This document shows, one piece after another, positions 48,043-56,765 of a DNA stretch of 64,000 nt (positions within the stretch are counted from its first letter, which is position 1; each line of letters starts with the position of its first letter). The notes below the pieces were generated by a model. That model saw only the letters and a list, made by a program, of their open reading frames with translations, had not been told where the DNA came from and did no database searches. Made by a program: the position numbers and the translations under genes. The DNA is taken from IMG/VR virus record IMGVR_UViG_3300048088_000530, positions 7,298 through 71,297 of that record; one strand, written 5' to 3'. The DNA is from a virus.

Positions 48043-48942
48043 TTACATGCTCTTCCCGTCCTTCGCGACCGGATTGGCCTGTGCGAGTTCTTCGCGGCTC
48101 CAGAACGAAATGCGCAGTTCTTCTTTCTGCTTCGTCAGGTCCATCCACGGACGATAGTGCGGGCATTGGTAACGGTCATACGAACTGCCGTTCCAGAAGA
48201 TGTCCACGCCAGCAATCTGCCCTGCCTGCTTCTCGCCCATCTCATGGATAGGCGTCGATTCCACGACCGCGCCGCCCCAACGCGGGAAGGCGCACTGCCC
48301 GGTCGCGACGCACGCCACCTGCAGGAGCGGATCGGCCCACGGATGGACGGCGAGAACAGCCGCGCGCATGAGCCGGTACGCTTGCTGGTATTCGCCCTGG
48401 GTACGTGCGCAGAGCCGGTTCTTGGCCATATCGGACATCGTCCGCAGGTTGAACTTCGCCTTGATCGCCGTCTGCATATTCGACGGCAGAACGGCGCGAG
48501 CGTCTTGGAGCGCGGCACCAGCCTTGATCAGCTGCTGGTAGTGCGCGTTGGCGTCCGCTACGGCATCGTCAAACAAGCTTGCGAGCGAGCACTGGTCAGC
48601 CGTCGATTTATCGTAAGGCGCTTCATCGGAAAGATCGGGCCATGCAAACGCATCCGGCCTTACCGTTTCCGTGACTTCGAGTGCTCGACTCGTTTCTTGC
48701 TGATAAGCGCCTGTGCGAGTGCGAACGAGTTGGTGCGTGAAATTTTTCGAGACTTCCGTAATCTCAAAGATGTAATCCACAAACTCGAATGGCGACTTGA
48801 TCGTGTCGAGCATGTACTTGAAGTGCTCATAGCGCTCTGCGTCCGTCATTTCTTCAGGCGACTTACCGCGCATACGCGTGGTCTTAGTGCCGATGAGAAG
48901 GTTTAGTGCATCCGGTGTATGGCTGATCAGTTTCACTTGCAT
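48043..48942 (-). CDS. thyX: Flavin-dependent thymidylate synthase homolog (divergent)
   Basis: SPFEF, THQLVRTR, DARAVLP, NLR..R...Q.E. Confidence 0.85.
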   Translation of the reverse strand: MQVKLISHTPDALNLLIGTKTTRMRGKSPEEMTDAERYEHFKYMLDTIKSPFEFVDYIFEITEVSKNFTHQLVRTRTGAYQQETSRALEVTETVRPDAFAWPDLSDEAPYDKSTADQCSLASLFDDAVADANAHYQQLIKAGAALQDARAVLPSNMQTAIKAKFNLRTMSDMAKNRLCARTQGEYQQAYRLMRAAVLAVHPWADPLLQVACVATGQCAFPRWGGAVVESTPIHEMGEKQAGQIAGVDIFWNGSSYDRYQCPHYRPWMDLTKQKEELRISFWSREELAQANPVAKDGKSM

Positions 48943-48954
48943 GTTATGCGATCC

Positions 48955-49134
48955 TTAGTTCAAACGGAGTGCGAATTGCTGGAAGGGCTTGCACGTCTTA
49001 TTTGCAGCTTCGATACGGGCAACGGCTTCGTCGGCTTCTGCAATGATGTCGAACTCCAACACAGTCGTATGGACCGACGATGTATCGTAAGAGCGCGAGT
49101 ATACAGTTGTCACGAGCACTTTTGTTGTACGCAT
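48955..49134 (-). CDS. Small hypothetical protein (59 aa) between two thyX 5' ends
   Basis: Translated by hand MRTTKVLVTTVYSRS...FALRLN. Confidence 0.55.
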   Translation of the reverse strand: MRTTKVLVTTVYSRSYDTSSVHTTVLEFDIIAEADEAVARIEAANKTCKPFQQFALRLN

Positions 49135-49136
49135 GA

Positions 49137-49256
49137 TCAGATTACGCCGTGCTCGTTGGTGTTGTGGTCGGCCAGGAAAGCGATTTGTCGCGTGGCCTTA
49201 GTGCCGATGATAAGGTTCAGAGCGCCCGTTGTATGGCTGATCAATTTGACTTTCAT
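49137..49256 (-). pseudogene. 39-aa ORF whose first 23 residues duplicate the ThyX N-terminus
   Basis: MKVKLISHTTGALNLIIGTKATR vs ThyX MQVKLISHTPDALNLLIGTKTTR. Confidence 0.75.
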
Positions 49257-49407
49257 CTTCAATCTCTGGGATTAGCGCGGCGTCGCTGTCGATCACCCGC
49301 TGAAGGTTTTCAGGAACTTCGCGGCCCATTTCCTTGAGCCACTCAGCAAGGCGTCTGGCAATGATGTTCTTTCCAGAGCCTTGCACAATCGACTGCGATG
49401 CCGCCAT
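49198..49407 (-). CDS. Hypothetical protein
   Basis: MAASQSIVQGSGKNII...; 3' end overlaps the thyX remnant. Confidence 0.5.
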   Translation of the reverse strand: MAASQSIVQGSGKNIIARRLAEWLKEMGREVPENLQRVIDSDAALIPEIEDESQIDQPYNGRSEPYHRH

Positions 49408-49408
49408 G

Positions 49409-50216
49409 TTACACCTTCTTGGATACCGTGTAATGCTTGAGGATCGAAACCGCCAGCTGCTTCGCGTCAAACGGATGCAGCGCGCAGTTCGTGTGGATGA
49501 AGCTGGCGAAGTCTTCCGCCTGTCCTGCGGCCACGGCTTCTTCCGGCGTGGCGTGAAGCGAGCCGTCAGCCGCGCGATACATGGTCACGGCGGTCGGCTC
49601 AACCGTGCTGAGAGGCGCGATACATGGTCACGGCGGTCGGCTCAACCGTGCTGAGAGGCGCGATAAATCGCGGTTCAACAGGCAGCGGCTCGATGATCTC
49701 TGCCTTCGACCCTTGCGGGAAGGCGTAGCGCACCAGCTTGTAGTTCAGCGTCCGGTAGCCCATCAACTTGGCCAGACCAAGGACGTGCCATTGCGTAACC
49801 GGAACCGGCCATTCATTCGTGTACGCAGCGTTGAATCGGTCGGCCAACTCCTTCGGGTGGATGCCCACCAGCGTCGGAAAGCTGAGAAGGAAGGTGTTCA
49901 GCGCTTCCCGGTGCGGCTTGGCCAGGCGCGTCTTCTGGTGCTGCCCAGCTTCCTCCGTCGCAGCTTCGGCAGGCGCTTCAACGGGCGAAGGATTCGCGGC
50001 CAGCTGACGTTCGTTTTGGCGCATGAACACGTCGCCTGCACCAGCGTTGACGTTGTCGCCATACGAGCCGGTGGCGCGATTCTTGAGCGGAATAGGTGCG
50101 TTCATTTCTTTCTCTTCCTTTCTAACTTCGGTTGAATTGGGCGGAATGCCCAACAGTTTGGCCTGCAACGGACTGACGCGAATCAGTCGAATCTTTCGTG
50201 TCTTCTTTCTGCTCAC
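49409..50216 (-). CDS. Hypothetical protein split by a 43-bp tandem duplication (49599-50216 plus 49409-49582)
   Basis: With one repeat copy removed the frame runs on to MYRAADGSLHATPEEA...KKV* next to the following ATG. Confidence 0.65.
49572..49665. repeat. Perfect 43-bp tandem duplication
   Basis: GCGCGATACATGGTCACGGCGGTCGGCTCAACCGTGCTGAGAG x2 plus 8 bp. Confidence 0.95.
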
Positions 50217-50261
50217 GTCAGTGCTCCGTTAATTCAGATTATGCAATACGGCGGTGAATTA

Positions 50262-50855
50262 TCAAAACTTCCCAGGCGCGACCTGAAAGCACGCGACGCC
50301 GACGCGACGCCACATGGCCACCACTTTATCGCGGTCGTCATACACAGCCGCGACGCGCGAACGTTCCTGCTTGCCCATGGTGTTGAGCCACTTGAGCTTC
50401 AGCTGTTCGTCCGGCGTGCTGATGTCCTCTTGCGGGCGCATCTTCAGCATCTGCTCCAGCTTGATGAGAGGGATTCGCGTAGTCTGGTGCAGCCACATCA
50501 GCGTCTTCTGCTTCACGGCATCGCTGCGAGCGCTCCAGATACGGATGTCGCATCCGACGCTATACAGCTGCAGCATCGTACCGATTACGGGCCAATTCGG
50601 CTGGTCCAGGTGACACAGTTCAAAGAAGCCGTTCCAGTCCGGTTTGAACTTTCCCGATCCGCCGCACTCGTTGCACGTATCGCCACCTTCATCGGCAACG
50701 TCGCTGAAGGTCTTGCCGCTGATGCAGCCACGGCATTGGCCGTCTTCCGGCTTCTCCACCAGATAGCGGCGATGCTCGATGAGAGCCAGTGTGCCGTCCA
50801 GATCGAAGATGTAAAGCGGTGTTTGCTGCTGTGCCGGTTCCTGAAAGTACATCAT
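50262..50855 (-). CDS. HAD phosphatase (polynucleotide 3'-phosphatase-like) with CxxC..CxxC insert
   Basis: IFDLDGTL, WSAR, YDDRDKVVAMWR; CRGC/CNEC insert. Confidence 0.85.
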   Translation of the reverse strand: MMYFQEPAQQQTPLYIFDLDGTLALIEHRRYLVEKPEDGQCRGCISGKTFSDVADEGGDTCNECGGSGKFKPDWNGFFELCHLDQPNWPVIGTMLQLYSVGCDIRIWSARSDAVKQKTLMWLHQTTRIPLIKLEQMLKMRPQEDISTPDEQLKLKWLNTMGKQERSRVAAVYDDRDKVVAMWRRVGVACFQVAPGKF

Positions 50856-50869
50856 GATACACTCCTTCG

Positions 50870-51109
50870 TTATCGTTCGTAAACCGTTGTAAGGGACCGG
50901 CCAGCGCGTTCGATTGCGCGGTTCAGGCTGAGGTCTTTGAACTCCTGTCCGTTGGCGGCGCACACCCACTTGCCGTCTTCCGGGTCTTGGTACAGGGTGA
51001 CGGGACTTACTGCGCCGTCCTTCCCAGCGCTGGCCATGAGCTTGAGCGCCTGCCACAACTGATCGTGCGCAGCTGCGGCTGGATTCACATAGTACGATCC
51101 TGCTGCCAC
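50870..51109 (-). CDS. Hypothetical protein
   Basis: 79-aa ORF with AGGAG RBS. Confidence 0.6.
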   Translation of the reverse strand: MAAGSYYVNPAAAAHDQLWQALKLMASAGKDGAVSPVTLYQDPEDGKWVCAANGQEFKDLSLNRAIERAGRSLTTVYER

Positions 51110-51118
51110 TTCGAACTC

Positions 51119-52072
51119 CTATCGGTTTGCCAGCACCAACTCGCGGCCATACGACGATGCAGCCATGAGGCGCTGAACAATGTCAATATCCTTCACCACG
51201 TCGTCCAGCAGTATATTGCGCCACGTCGCGAAACGCCCGATGCTGAACACGTTGAAGTCGCGCGTCAGTTCGTGGAGGATCGCTTCACGCGCTTCACGCG
51301 GCAACTCAATTATCTTACCATATCGCTGGTCCACGCGTTCAATCTCTTCCAACTCAGACGGACAGATGCCGAATGCATCGCAAACGTACGTGAGTTCGTC
51401 AAACGCAGGGCCATCCCATTTCGAGTACTCCGAACGGTCGGCGACTTTCTCGATGATCAGAAGATCGCCGGTAATCGACGCGCGGAACGTCCGCAGGTCC
51501 GGTTCCGGGAAGTAGAGCGTTTGGAATACGTCACTGCCGCGCGGCAGGCGATAGCGGAAAACTTCGATTCCAGACGATTCAAATAGAGTCTTGGTGATCG
51601 ACTCAGGAGCCATGCCGCACGTCCGCATGATCACCGGCAGCGGTGCCGTGTTGATAGTCTGGAACTCACAGCCGCGCTGGATGGAGTCAATGGACTCTTC
51701 GAAGTGGATGCGCGAACGATGGCGATGGACCAGCTGATTGTAGAAGTCTTCCGGCGCAATGTAACGGACAGCCGTGTCGAGATTCCAGATGCTGCGGTCA
51801 GCTGCGATCTTGCCGGTGACCTTCCGGGCATACGAGTTCGCGAAGGCGGGATTGCACGCATTGTAGGTAACTCCCTTGCTATGGATGCCCTTTCGCACAG
51901 TAACGGCTCGAAAAGGGATTCCAGTAAGATGAGATACGGACTCATCACGAAAACGTAGAAGAGCTTTATGTTGTTCAATTTGCGCGCCCTTCTCGAAGAT
52001 TTCAGCGTGGCCGATCTTGCACGCCGTAAGGAGTCCTGCGAGTCCAGCACCAACGATGATCGCGTGTTTCAT
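51119..52072 (-). CDS. FAD-dependent oxidoreductase (UDP-galactopyranose mutase-like fold)
   Basis: IIVGAGLAG..FE dinucleotide-binding motif; C-terminal GRFATWRN..DD. Confidence 0.8.
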   Translation of the reverse strand: MKHAIIVGAGLAGLLTACKIGHAEIFEKGAQIEQHKALLRFRDESVSHLTGIPFRAVTVRKGIHSKGVTYNACNPAFANSYARKVTGKIAADRSIWNLDTAVRYIAPEDFYNQLVHRHRSRIHFEESIDSIQRGCEFQTINTAPLPVIMRTCGMAPESITKTLFESSGIEVFRYRLPRGSDVFQTLYFPEPDLRTFRASITGDLLIIEKVADRSEYSKWDGPAFDELTYVCDAFGICPSELEEIERVDQRYGKIIELPREAREAILHELTRDFNVFSIGRFATWRNILLDDVVKDIDIVQRLMAASSYGRELVLANR

Positions 52073-52100
52073 TGTGATAGTCACTTTTGTTCAGGTGAAG

Positions 52101-52124
52101 AAAACCCGGCACTTGGCCGGGTTT
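52101..52124 (-). terminator. Terminator hairpin with CAAGT loop
   Basis: AAACCCGGC-CAAGT-GCCGGGTTT-TCTT. Confidence 0.75.
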
Positions 52125-52153
52125 CCTATTCTACAGCACGCCGGTGTAGGCGC

Positions 52154-52927
52154 TTATTCAGCAGGCTGTTCGTTTGCCGGCTCTTCGGCGACTTCCGTCA
52201 CGAAGTCCAGGTGGCCACGCTCTTCCAGCTTCGACAGGAACGAGCGGACGCTTGCGCCGTACAGCAGCGGCTTGCAGCCTTTCGCCAGGTCTTCGATGGC
52301 GATTTTGTCGCCTGCCGTGTAGTTGGCGCGCAGATACTCCAGCACCTTGCCGCGAATCGACGTGGTTTGCGGGTTGCTGAAGCCTTCCGCATTCAGGACG
52401 ATGTGCGTGGCCTTGGCGCGACGCTCGCCGTCCACCTTGGTGTTGGCCTTGCGTTCTTCGACCAGCGCGGCGCGGCGCGCCACTTCGTCCTTGCGCGCTT
52501 GCTTCGCGGCTTCCTTCGCAGCTGCCGTTTCGGCCTTCGCGGCTTCCTTCGCGGCAGCGGCTTCGGTCTTCTTCGCTTCCTTGGCGGCGTCGCGCTCTGC
52601 CTTCTTCGCTTCCTTCTCCAGTTCGCGAGCTGCCTGGCGTTCTGCTGCCTTGGCTTCCTTCTCCTGCTCGCGCGTCGCGGCCTTCGCGACACGTTCCGCT
52701 TCCTTCTTCGCGTTCGCTTCGTCGCGTTCCGCCTGCTTCGCGGCCTTCTTCGCTTCGCGGTCGGCTTGCGCGGCGACGCGTGCAACTTCCTTCTCTGCGT
52801 TCTTCTGCGCCTTCTTCTGTTCGGCGGTCAACTCCACCGACGTTGCTTGCACGGCGGATTGAACCGACTGAGCGATGCTGTGGCTGTGTTGTGCGTCCGA
52901 AACGTGGTGTTGGTGACCGTGCGACAT
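52154..52927 (-). CDS. Ala/Lys/Glu-rich coiled-coil protein with C-terminal winged-helix-like domain
   Basis: Low-complexity AKEA repeats; IRGKVLEYL..VRSFLSKLEERGHL. Confidence 0.7.
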   Translation of the reverse strand: MSHGHQHHVSDAQHSHSIAQSVQSAVQATSVELTAEQKKAQKNAEKEVARVAAQADREAKKAAKQAERDEANAKKEAERVAKAATREQEKEAKAAERQAARELEKEAKKAERDAAKEAKKTEAAAAKEAAKAETAAAKEAAKQARKDEVARRAALVEERKANTKVDGERRAKATHIVLNAEGFSNPQTTSIRGKVLEYLRANYTAGDKIAIEDLAKGCKPLLYGASVRSFLSKLEERGHLDFVTEVAEEPANEQPAE

Positions 52928-53048
52928 TGTTTAACTCTCCATAATGTTTGATTGGGTTAGGCAATTCGTTTGCCTGTGATCAAATTATACCTGCTCGCTT
53001 CAAAGAAGAAGTGTTCAGTATTCCTAATTGCTCGCTAAGCCGCGCAGG

Positions 53049-53294
53049 TCAACCAGCTTGCGGCTTAGCGTATCCTCGCACACCCCAAAGAGCACCAAGT
53101 TCATTGACGATTGCGTCGATGGCTTTTGCGTCATCTGAGTCGATACGATCACCAGAACCGTGCTTCTCGATTAATGCTTTAACGAGCAAACGCGGAACAG
53201 TGACGAGTTCAAACAACGTCGCCTCTTCGTGCGTCTTGAAGATCGTGCCGGGTGCGAGGTCGGACTGCCAAGCGGTTGTGGAATTGATGGTCAT
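53049..53294 (-). CDS. Hypothetical protein
   Basis: 81-aa ORF in tightly packed operon. Confidence 0.6.
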   Translation of the reverse strand: MTINSTTAWQSDLAPGTIFKTHEEATLFELVTVPRLLVKALIEKHGSGDRIDSDDAKAIDAIVNELGALWGVRGYAKPQAG

Positions 53295-53515
53295 TACGGA
53301 CGCTCCGTGGTTACAGACCGGATGCCGTCGATCTTGATGGCAACGATTCCTTTCTGCTCTTGCGCGATTCGTTGTGCGATGTTCTGCGCGGCGCGATGGG
53401 CGTCTTTGTACGCGTCTTCAAACGTCCAGCTGCCGCCGTACTCAGAGCCACAATCGAACTCGATGGTGCACTGTGCGACGAGTCGCGTGCTCAGATTCAG
53501 TTTCTTTTCGCTCAT
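53294..53515 (-). CDS. Hypothetical protein
   Basis: 73-aa ORF, overlapping stop/start. Confidence 0.6.
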   Translation of the reverse strand: MSEKKLNLSTRLVAQCTIEFDCGSEYGGSWTFEDAYKDAHRAAQNIAQRIAQEQKGIVAIKIDGIRSVTTERP

Positions 53516-53727
53516 GGCGTCACCGAATGGATCGAGTGCGGGTTGGCCAGACGGTCGCGGCTCGCGGCTTCTTCGGCGTCAGCCCAGTCCGACAACTCAT
53601 CAGCCAGACTGCTATTGGTCGCGTGAATGTGCCGTGCATAACAGCGCATGGCCGCGCGGCAAGCCGTGGCGTGAGCGTCGTCACCAGCAGGCTTGAGAAC
53701 GAAATACTTCATTTGTAGTCCAGACAT
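53512..53727 (-). CDS. Hypothetical protein
   Basis: KYFVLKP..D.HA..A..YA..LADEL; AAGGAG RBS. Confidence 0.65.
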   Translation of the reverse strand: MSGLQMKYFVLKPAGDDAHATACRAAMRCYARHIHATNSSLADELSDWADAEEAASRDRLANPHSIHSVTP

Positions 53728-53737
53728 TTTAGACTCC

Positions 53738-53893
53738 TTACAGTGTGAAAATCAGGAAGCAGACGAGCGCGAATCCAGCGACCCAGATGCCATCGCCGTG
53801 CCAAATTAGCGCGATACCGGCCAGCAGGATTGCGATGGTCAACACGGTCAAACAGACCGTCTGGGTAGTGGACATTTCGTTCTTTAAGCTCAT
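53738..53893 (-). CDS. Small 2-TM membrane protein (51 aa)
   Basis: Translated by hand; GGAGG upstream. Confidence 0.55.
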   Translation of the reverse strand: MSLKNEMSTTQTVCLTVLTIAILLAGIALIWHGDGIWVAGFALVCFLIFTL

Positions 53894-53894
53894 A

Positions 53895-55058
53895 TCAGCG
53901 CCTCCGATAAACAGTCAAACGTTGAATTGCACGAGTCCAGCCGGTGTACTGCATCTTGCTGTAATCGCCCATGTTCTCTTCGATCAGCAGAACGTGATCC
54001 CACTCGCTGCCCTGCGACTTGTGAACCGTGCAGCCATAGCCAAACTGGAAGCCGCCCACGGCCTTCAGCGCATCCTTCTGGGTGTCAGGATCGCGGCTAA
54101 ACGACAGCGGGTTGTACTTCACGCGGCGAATCTTTCCGTCCGTCAGCGACCGGATTCGCATCATAATCAGTTCATCCGGGTCGTTGTCCTTGATTTCGCT
54201 TTCCGGCACTTCCTCTTCATAACCCAGCACGATGCCCTGCTCGCCGTTCATGAAGTTATACGTGTGCTGATTGAACCAGCACATCACCTTCTCGCCAACG
54301 TTCGGCTGCTCGCCGGTAAATCCCAACTCAGCGCGGACGCGATTGTTCACTTCAACTCGCGTGTCGTTATACGAGCAGAGGATTTGGGCGTTCTCCCCTG
54401 CATGCTCGATCATCTGGGCCAGCGGAGTGTTGCCAGCACGGACACGCACATCTTCGTATTCGCGCAACGGAATGCGGTGGCCCTTGCGGATGAAGCGTGC
54501 ACCACGAACGATGTTCGACTCTTCCGCCAACGAGCCGTCCGCGTTACGGAACCGCATTGGCTCTGTGAGCTCATGGTTCACGTTATCCGGCGTCAACGAA
54601 GGCGGCGCTTTAACCGGCTGTAGCTGGCCCAGATCGCCCAACGCAAGTACGGGTATGCCGTGCCGCGTGACAGCGCCCATATCATACGATCCTACCATCG
54701 ACGCCTCATCCATCACGACTAGCAACGGACGCTCTTCCAACGCGCCCTTCTCCACAAAGATCGGCTCGCCGTCTTCGTCTTCGCCGCGTACGTTATAGAC
54801 GAACTGGTGCAGCGTCTTCGCGCCGTCGCAACCCTTCTGGCGCAACCGGCTCGCGGCCTTCCCGGTCGGCGCTATATAGACGACGTTGTAGCTGCGAAGA
54901 TCCAAATTGGACACAGCCCCTTTGGCGAAAGTCGTCTTGCCCGTACCGGCTTCGCCCGAGAGGAAGAAGACCGGCGTGCGAGCGCGGCCACCGTTGAACC
55001 ACTTCGCTACTTTATCGAAGCCTTCCAGCTGCCCTGCGTTGAATTCGATTCCGCTCAT
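53895..55058 (-). CDS. SF1B (Dda/RecD-like) DNA helicase
   Basis: GEAGTGKT, APTGKAA, MDEASMV, GDLGQL, TVHKSQGSEW, YTGWTRA. Confidence 0.9.
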   Translation of the reverse strand: MSGIEFNAGQLEGFDKVAKWFNGGRARTPVFFLSGEAGTGKTTFAKGAVSNLDLRSYNVVYIAPTGKAASRLRQKGCDGAKTLHQFVYNVRGEDEDGEPIFVEKGALEERPLLVVMDEASMVGSYDMGAVTRHGIPVLALGDLGQLQPVKAPPSLTPDNVNHELTEPMRFRNADGSLAEESNIVRGARFIRKGHRIPLREYEDVRVRAGNTPLAQMIEHAGENAQILCSYNDTRVEVNNRVRAELGFTGEQPNVGEKVMCWFNQHTYNFMNGEQGIVLGYEEEVPESEIKDNDPDELIMMRIRSLTDGKIRRVKYNPLSFSRDPDTQKDALKAVGGFQFGYGCTVHKSQGSEWDHVLLIEENMGDYSKMQYTGWTRAIQRLTVYRRR

Positions 55059-55281
55059 ACTTTGACCTTTCTAATGTGTTCATCGGCGTTGTGTCCGAAC
55101 TCGATCACCAGATCAAGTGAGGCGAGTATAACGCCGCGCGATGAATATCAATTGGGCGATAAGAGGTAACTTGAGTAAGTTATACCGGGGACGAAAATAA
55201 ATTGGTAAGTTGTATAATTGAGTCACATTACCCAATCCTATAATTGCTCCGACGAAAGGTAAGCATCAGACGGCTTCCAGG

Positions 55282-56451
55282 TTGGCCGGTAAATACGACC
55301 TGCAACAGCACGAAGGATCAACAGAAGTGAACCACAGAGAACGTACCGAAGTATGCGAGCAATTCCTTGCGGAACTCGGCAAGGGAATCCCCGAAGAAGA
55401 GCGCGTGATGGCTGGCTACGCCGATGAGGCAACGGTCCAAGCGGACGCGAGCGGCAAGAAACTCAACGCAGGTTGGTGGCCTACTCCGTACAAGGCCGGT
55501 CGGCAAATTCCCCTGGACGAAAACTGCTATGTCTGTATCTCTTCCTCCATCAAGACTCCGAATCCCAAAACAGGCGCTTTGCGCTACTGGCGCGGTGAGG
55601 CGTCATTCGGCCATGGACTCGCGCTCATGGTTGACGACATTGGTGACGGAAAGGGCAGCAAAGGGGGACTCACTGTGGATCAACTCCAAGCTATCCTTCC
55701 ACCTACCGCCATTGTTGAAACCTCTCCCGGCAATCACCAGCTATGGTATTTCCTGGACGAACCCACAGCCGATCGCAGACGGTTCAAGGCTTTTCTCCTG
55801 GGATTCGTGGAGCACGTCCTCATCGACAAGGGCGGCGATTCAACCATACGGGACATTAGTCGATACGGACGCATGCCTGCTGGAATCAATAACAAACGCG
55901 GTGCGGACGGCCAATTCAAGTATCCGGTGTCTGCCGGATTGGGAAGCAATAAGTCGCGGTGTTTCGGCGTCGGAATGGTCGATGCTGACTACTCACTCAG
56001 GTATTCGATGGATAGAATTGCTTCAGCGTTTGGCTTTCCAATCGTTGTGCCCGTGGAACGGCTAGTGAGCGCAGAAGAGCGCGAAGCGAAGGACGCCGAA
56101 TCACTGCACGACGCGCGCTGGTTGAACATCGCCATCCGTATTACGAGCCGCCTGAAGATGGGCGAAGGAACGGGCGGTGAAGTATCGCAAAACATGTCCG
56201 GCAAGTATCGTATAGCTTGCCCATGGGGAAACGAGCACACGAACGGCGACAAGTACGGCGCGTACTTCCGTGGCTCAATTCCGGGCGCAGAATACGAGTA
56301 TGTGTTTGGCTGCGGTCACGACACCTGCCGGAAGGATAATAAGCGCACCTGGAGCGTATTTGTTGACGCTATCGTGATGCCGTATATCGAAGATGAATTG
56401 AAGAACGCCAACCGCGATTGCGATTGGTTCGATGCGAACTTTGAAGACTGA
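55282..56451 (+). CDS. RepB-family (AEP-like) DNA primase; start uncertain
   Basis: LMVDD, VETSPGNHQLWYFL, RMPAGINNK, CPW..H..CGH..C zinc motif. Confidence 0.8.
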   Translation: MAGKYDLQQHEGSTEVNHRERTEVCEQFLAELGKGIPEEERVMAGYADEATVQADASGKKLNAGWWPTPYKAGRQIPLDENCYVCISSSIKTPNPKTGALRYWRGEASFGHGLALMVDDIGDGKGSKGGLTVDQLQAILPPTAIVETSPGNHQLWYFLDEPTADRRRFKAFLLGFVEHVLIDKGGDSTIRDISRYGRMPAGINNKRGADGQFKYPVSAGLGSNKSRCFGVGMVDADYSLRYSMDRIASAFGFPIVVPVERLVSAEEREAKDAESLHDARWLNIAIRITSRLKMGEGTGGEVSQNMSGKYRIACPWGNEHTNGDKYGAYFRGSIPGAEYEYVFGCGHDTCRKDNKRTWSVFVDAIVMPYIEDELKNANRDCDWFDANFED

Positions 56452-56453
56452 GT

Positions 56454-56765
56454 GTGAAAATCATGGCCAAGAATAAACTGGGGTGGTTCGTTGTAGAGAA
56501 GGCAGGCCGCGTCGTGGATTGCATCCGCGCGAAGGACTTGTGTCTGGCTTTCCAGGAAGCAATGGATAAGTGGGAGCATTGGTGCGAGAAGGGAACGCGC
56601 ATCGAAGTGAAGCCAATGTCGGATGCACCCGCCAAGATCGACGTTGCGCCGGTCGTCGTGGTCGCCACACGCGCTGAAGTGCAGACGTATGCTGAGAAGA
56701 AGCAACCCAGCGGCTTCGGCAACTGGCCGTATTTCAGCAACGCGGCTTTGGCGGAGAATGAATGA
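56454..56765 (+). CDS. Hypothetical protein between primase and helicase
   Basis: 103-aa ORF filling the operon gap. Confidence 0.55.
   Translation: MKIMAKNKLGWFVVEKAGRVVDCIRAKDLCLAFQEAMDKWEHWCEKGTRIEVKPMSDAPAKIDVAPVVVVATRAEVQTYAEKKQPSGFGNWPYFSNAALAENE

Noticed and set aside
49572-49665. Possible CRISPR repeat
   Set aside because: Two adjacent copies with no spacer and no cas genes
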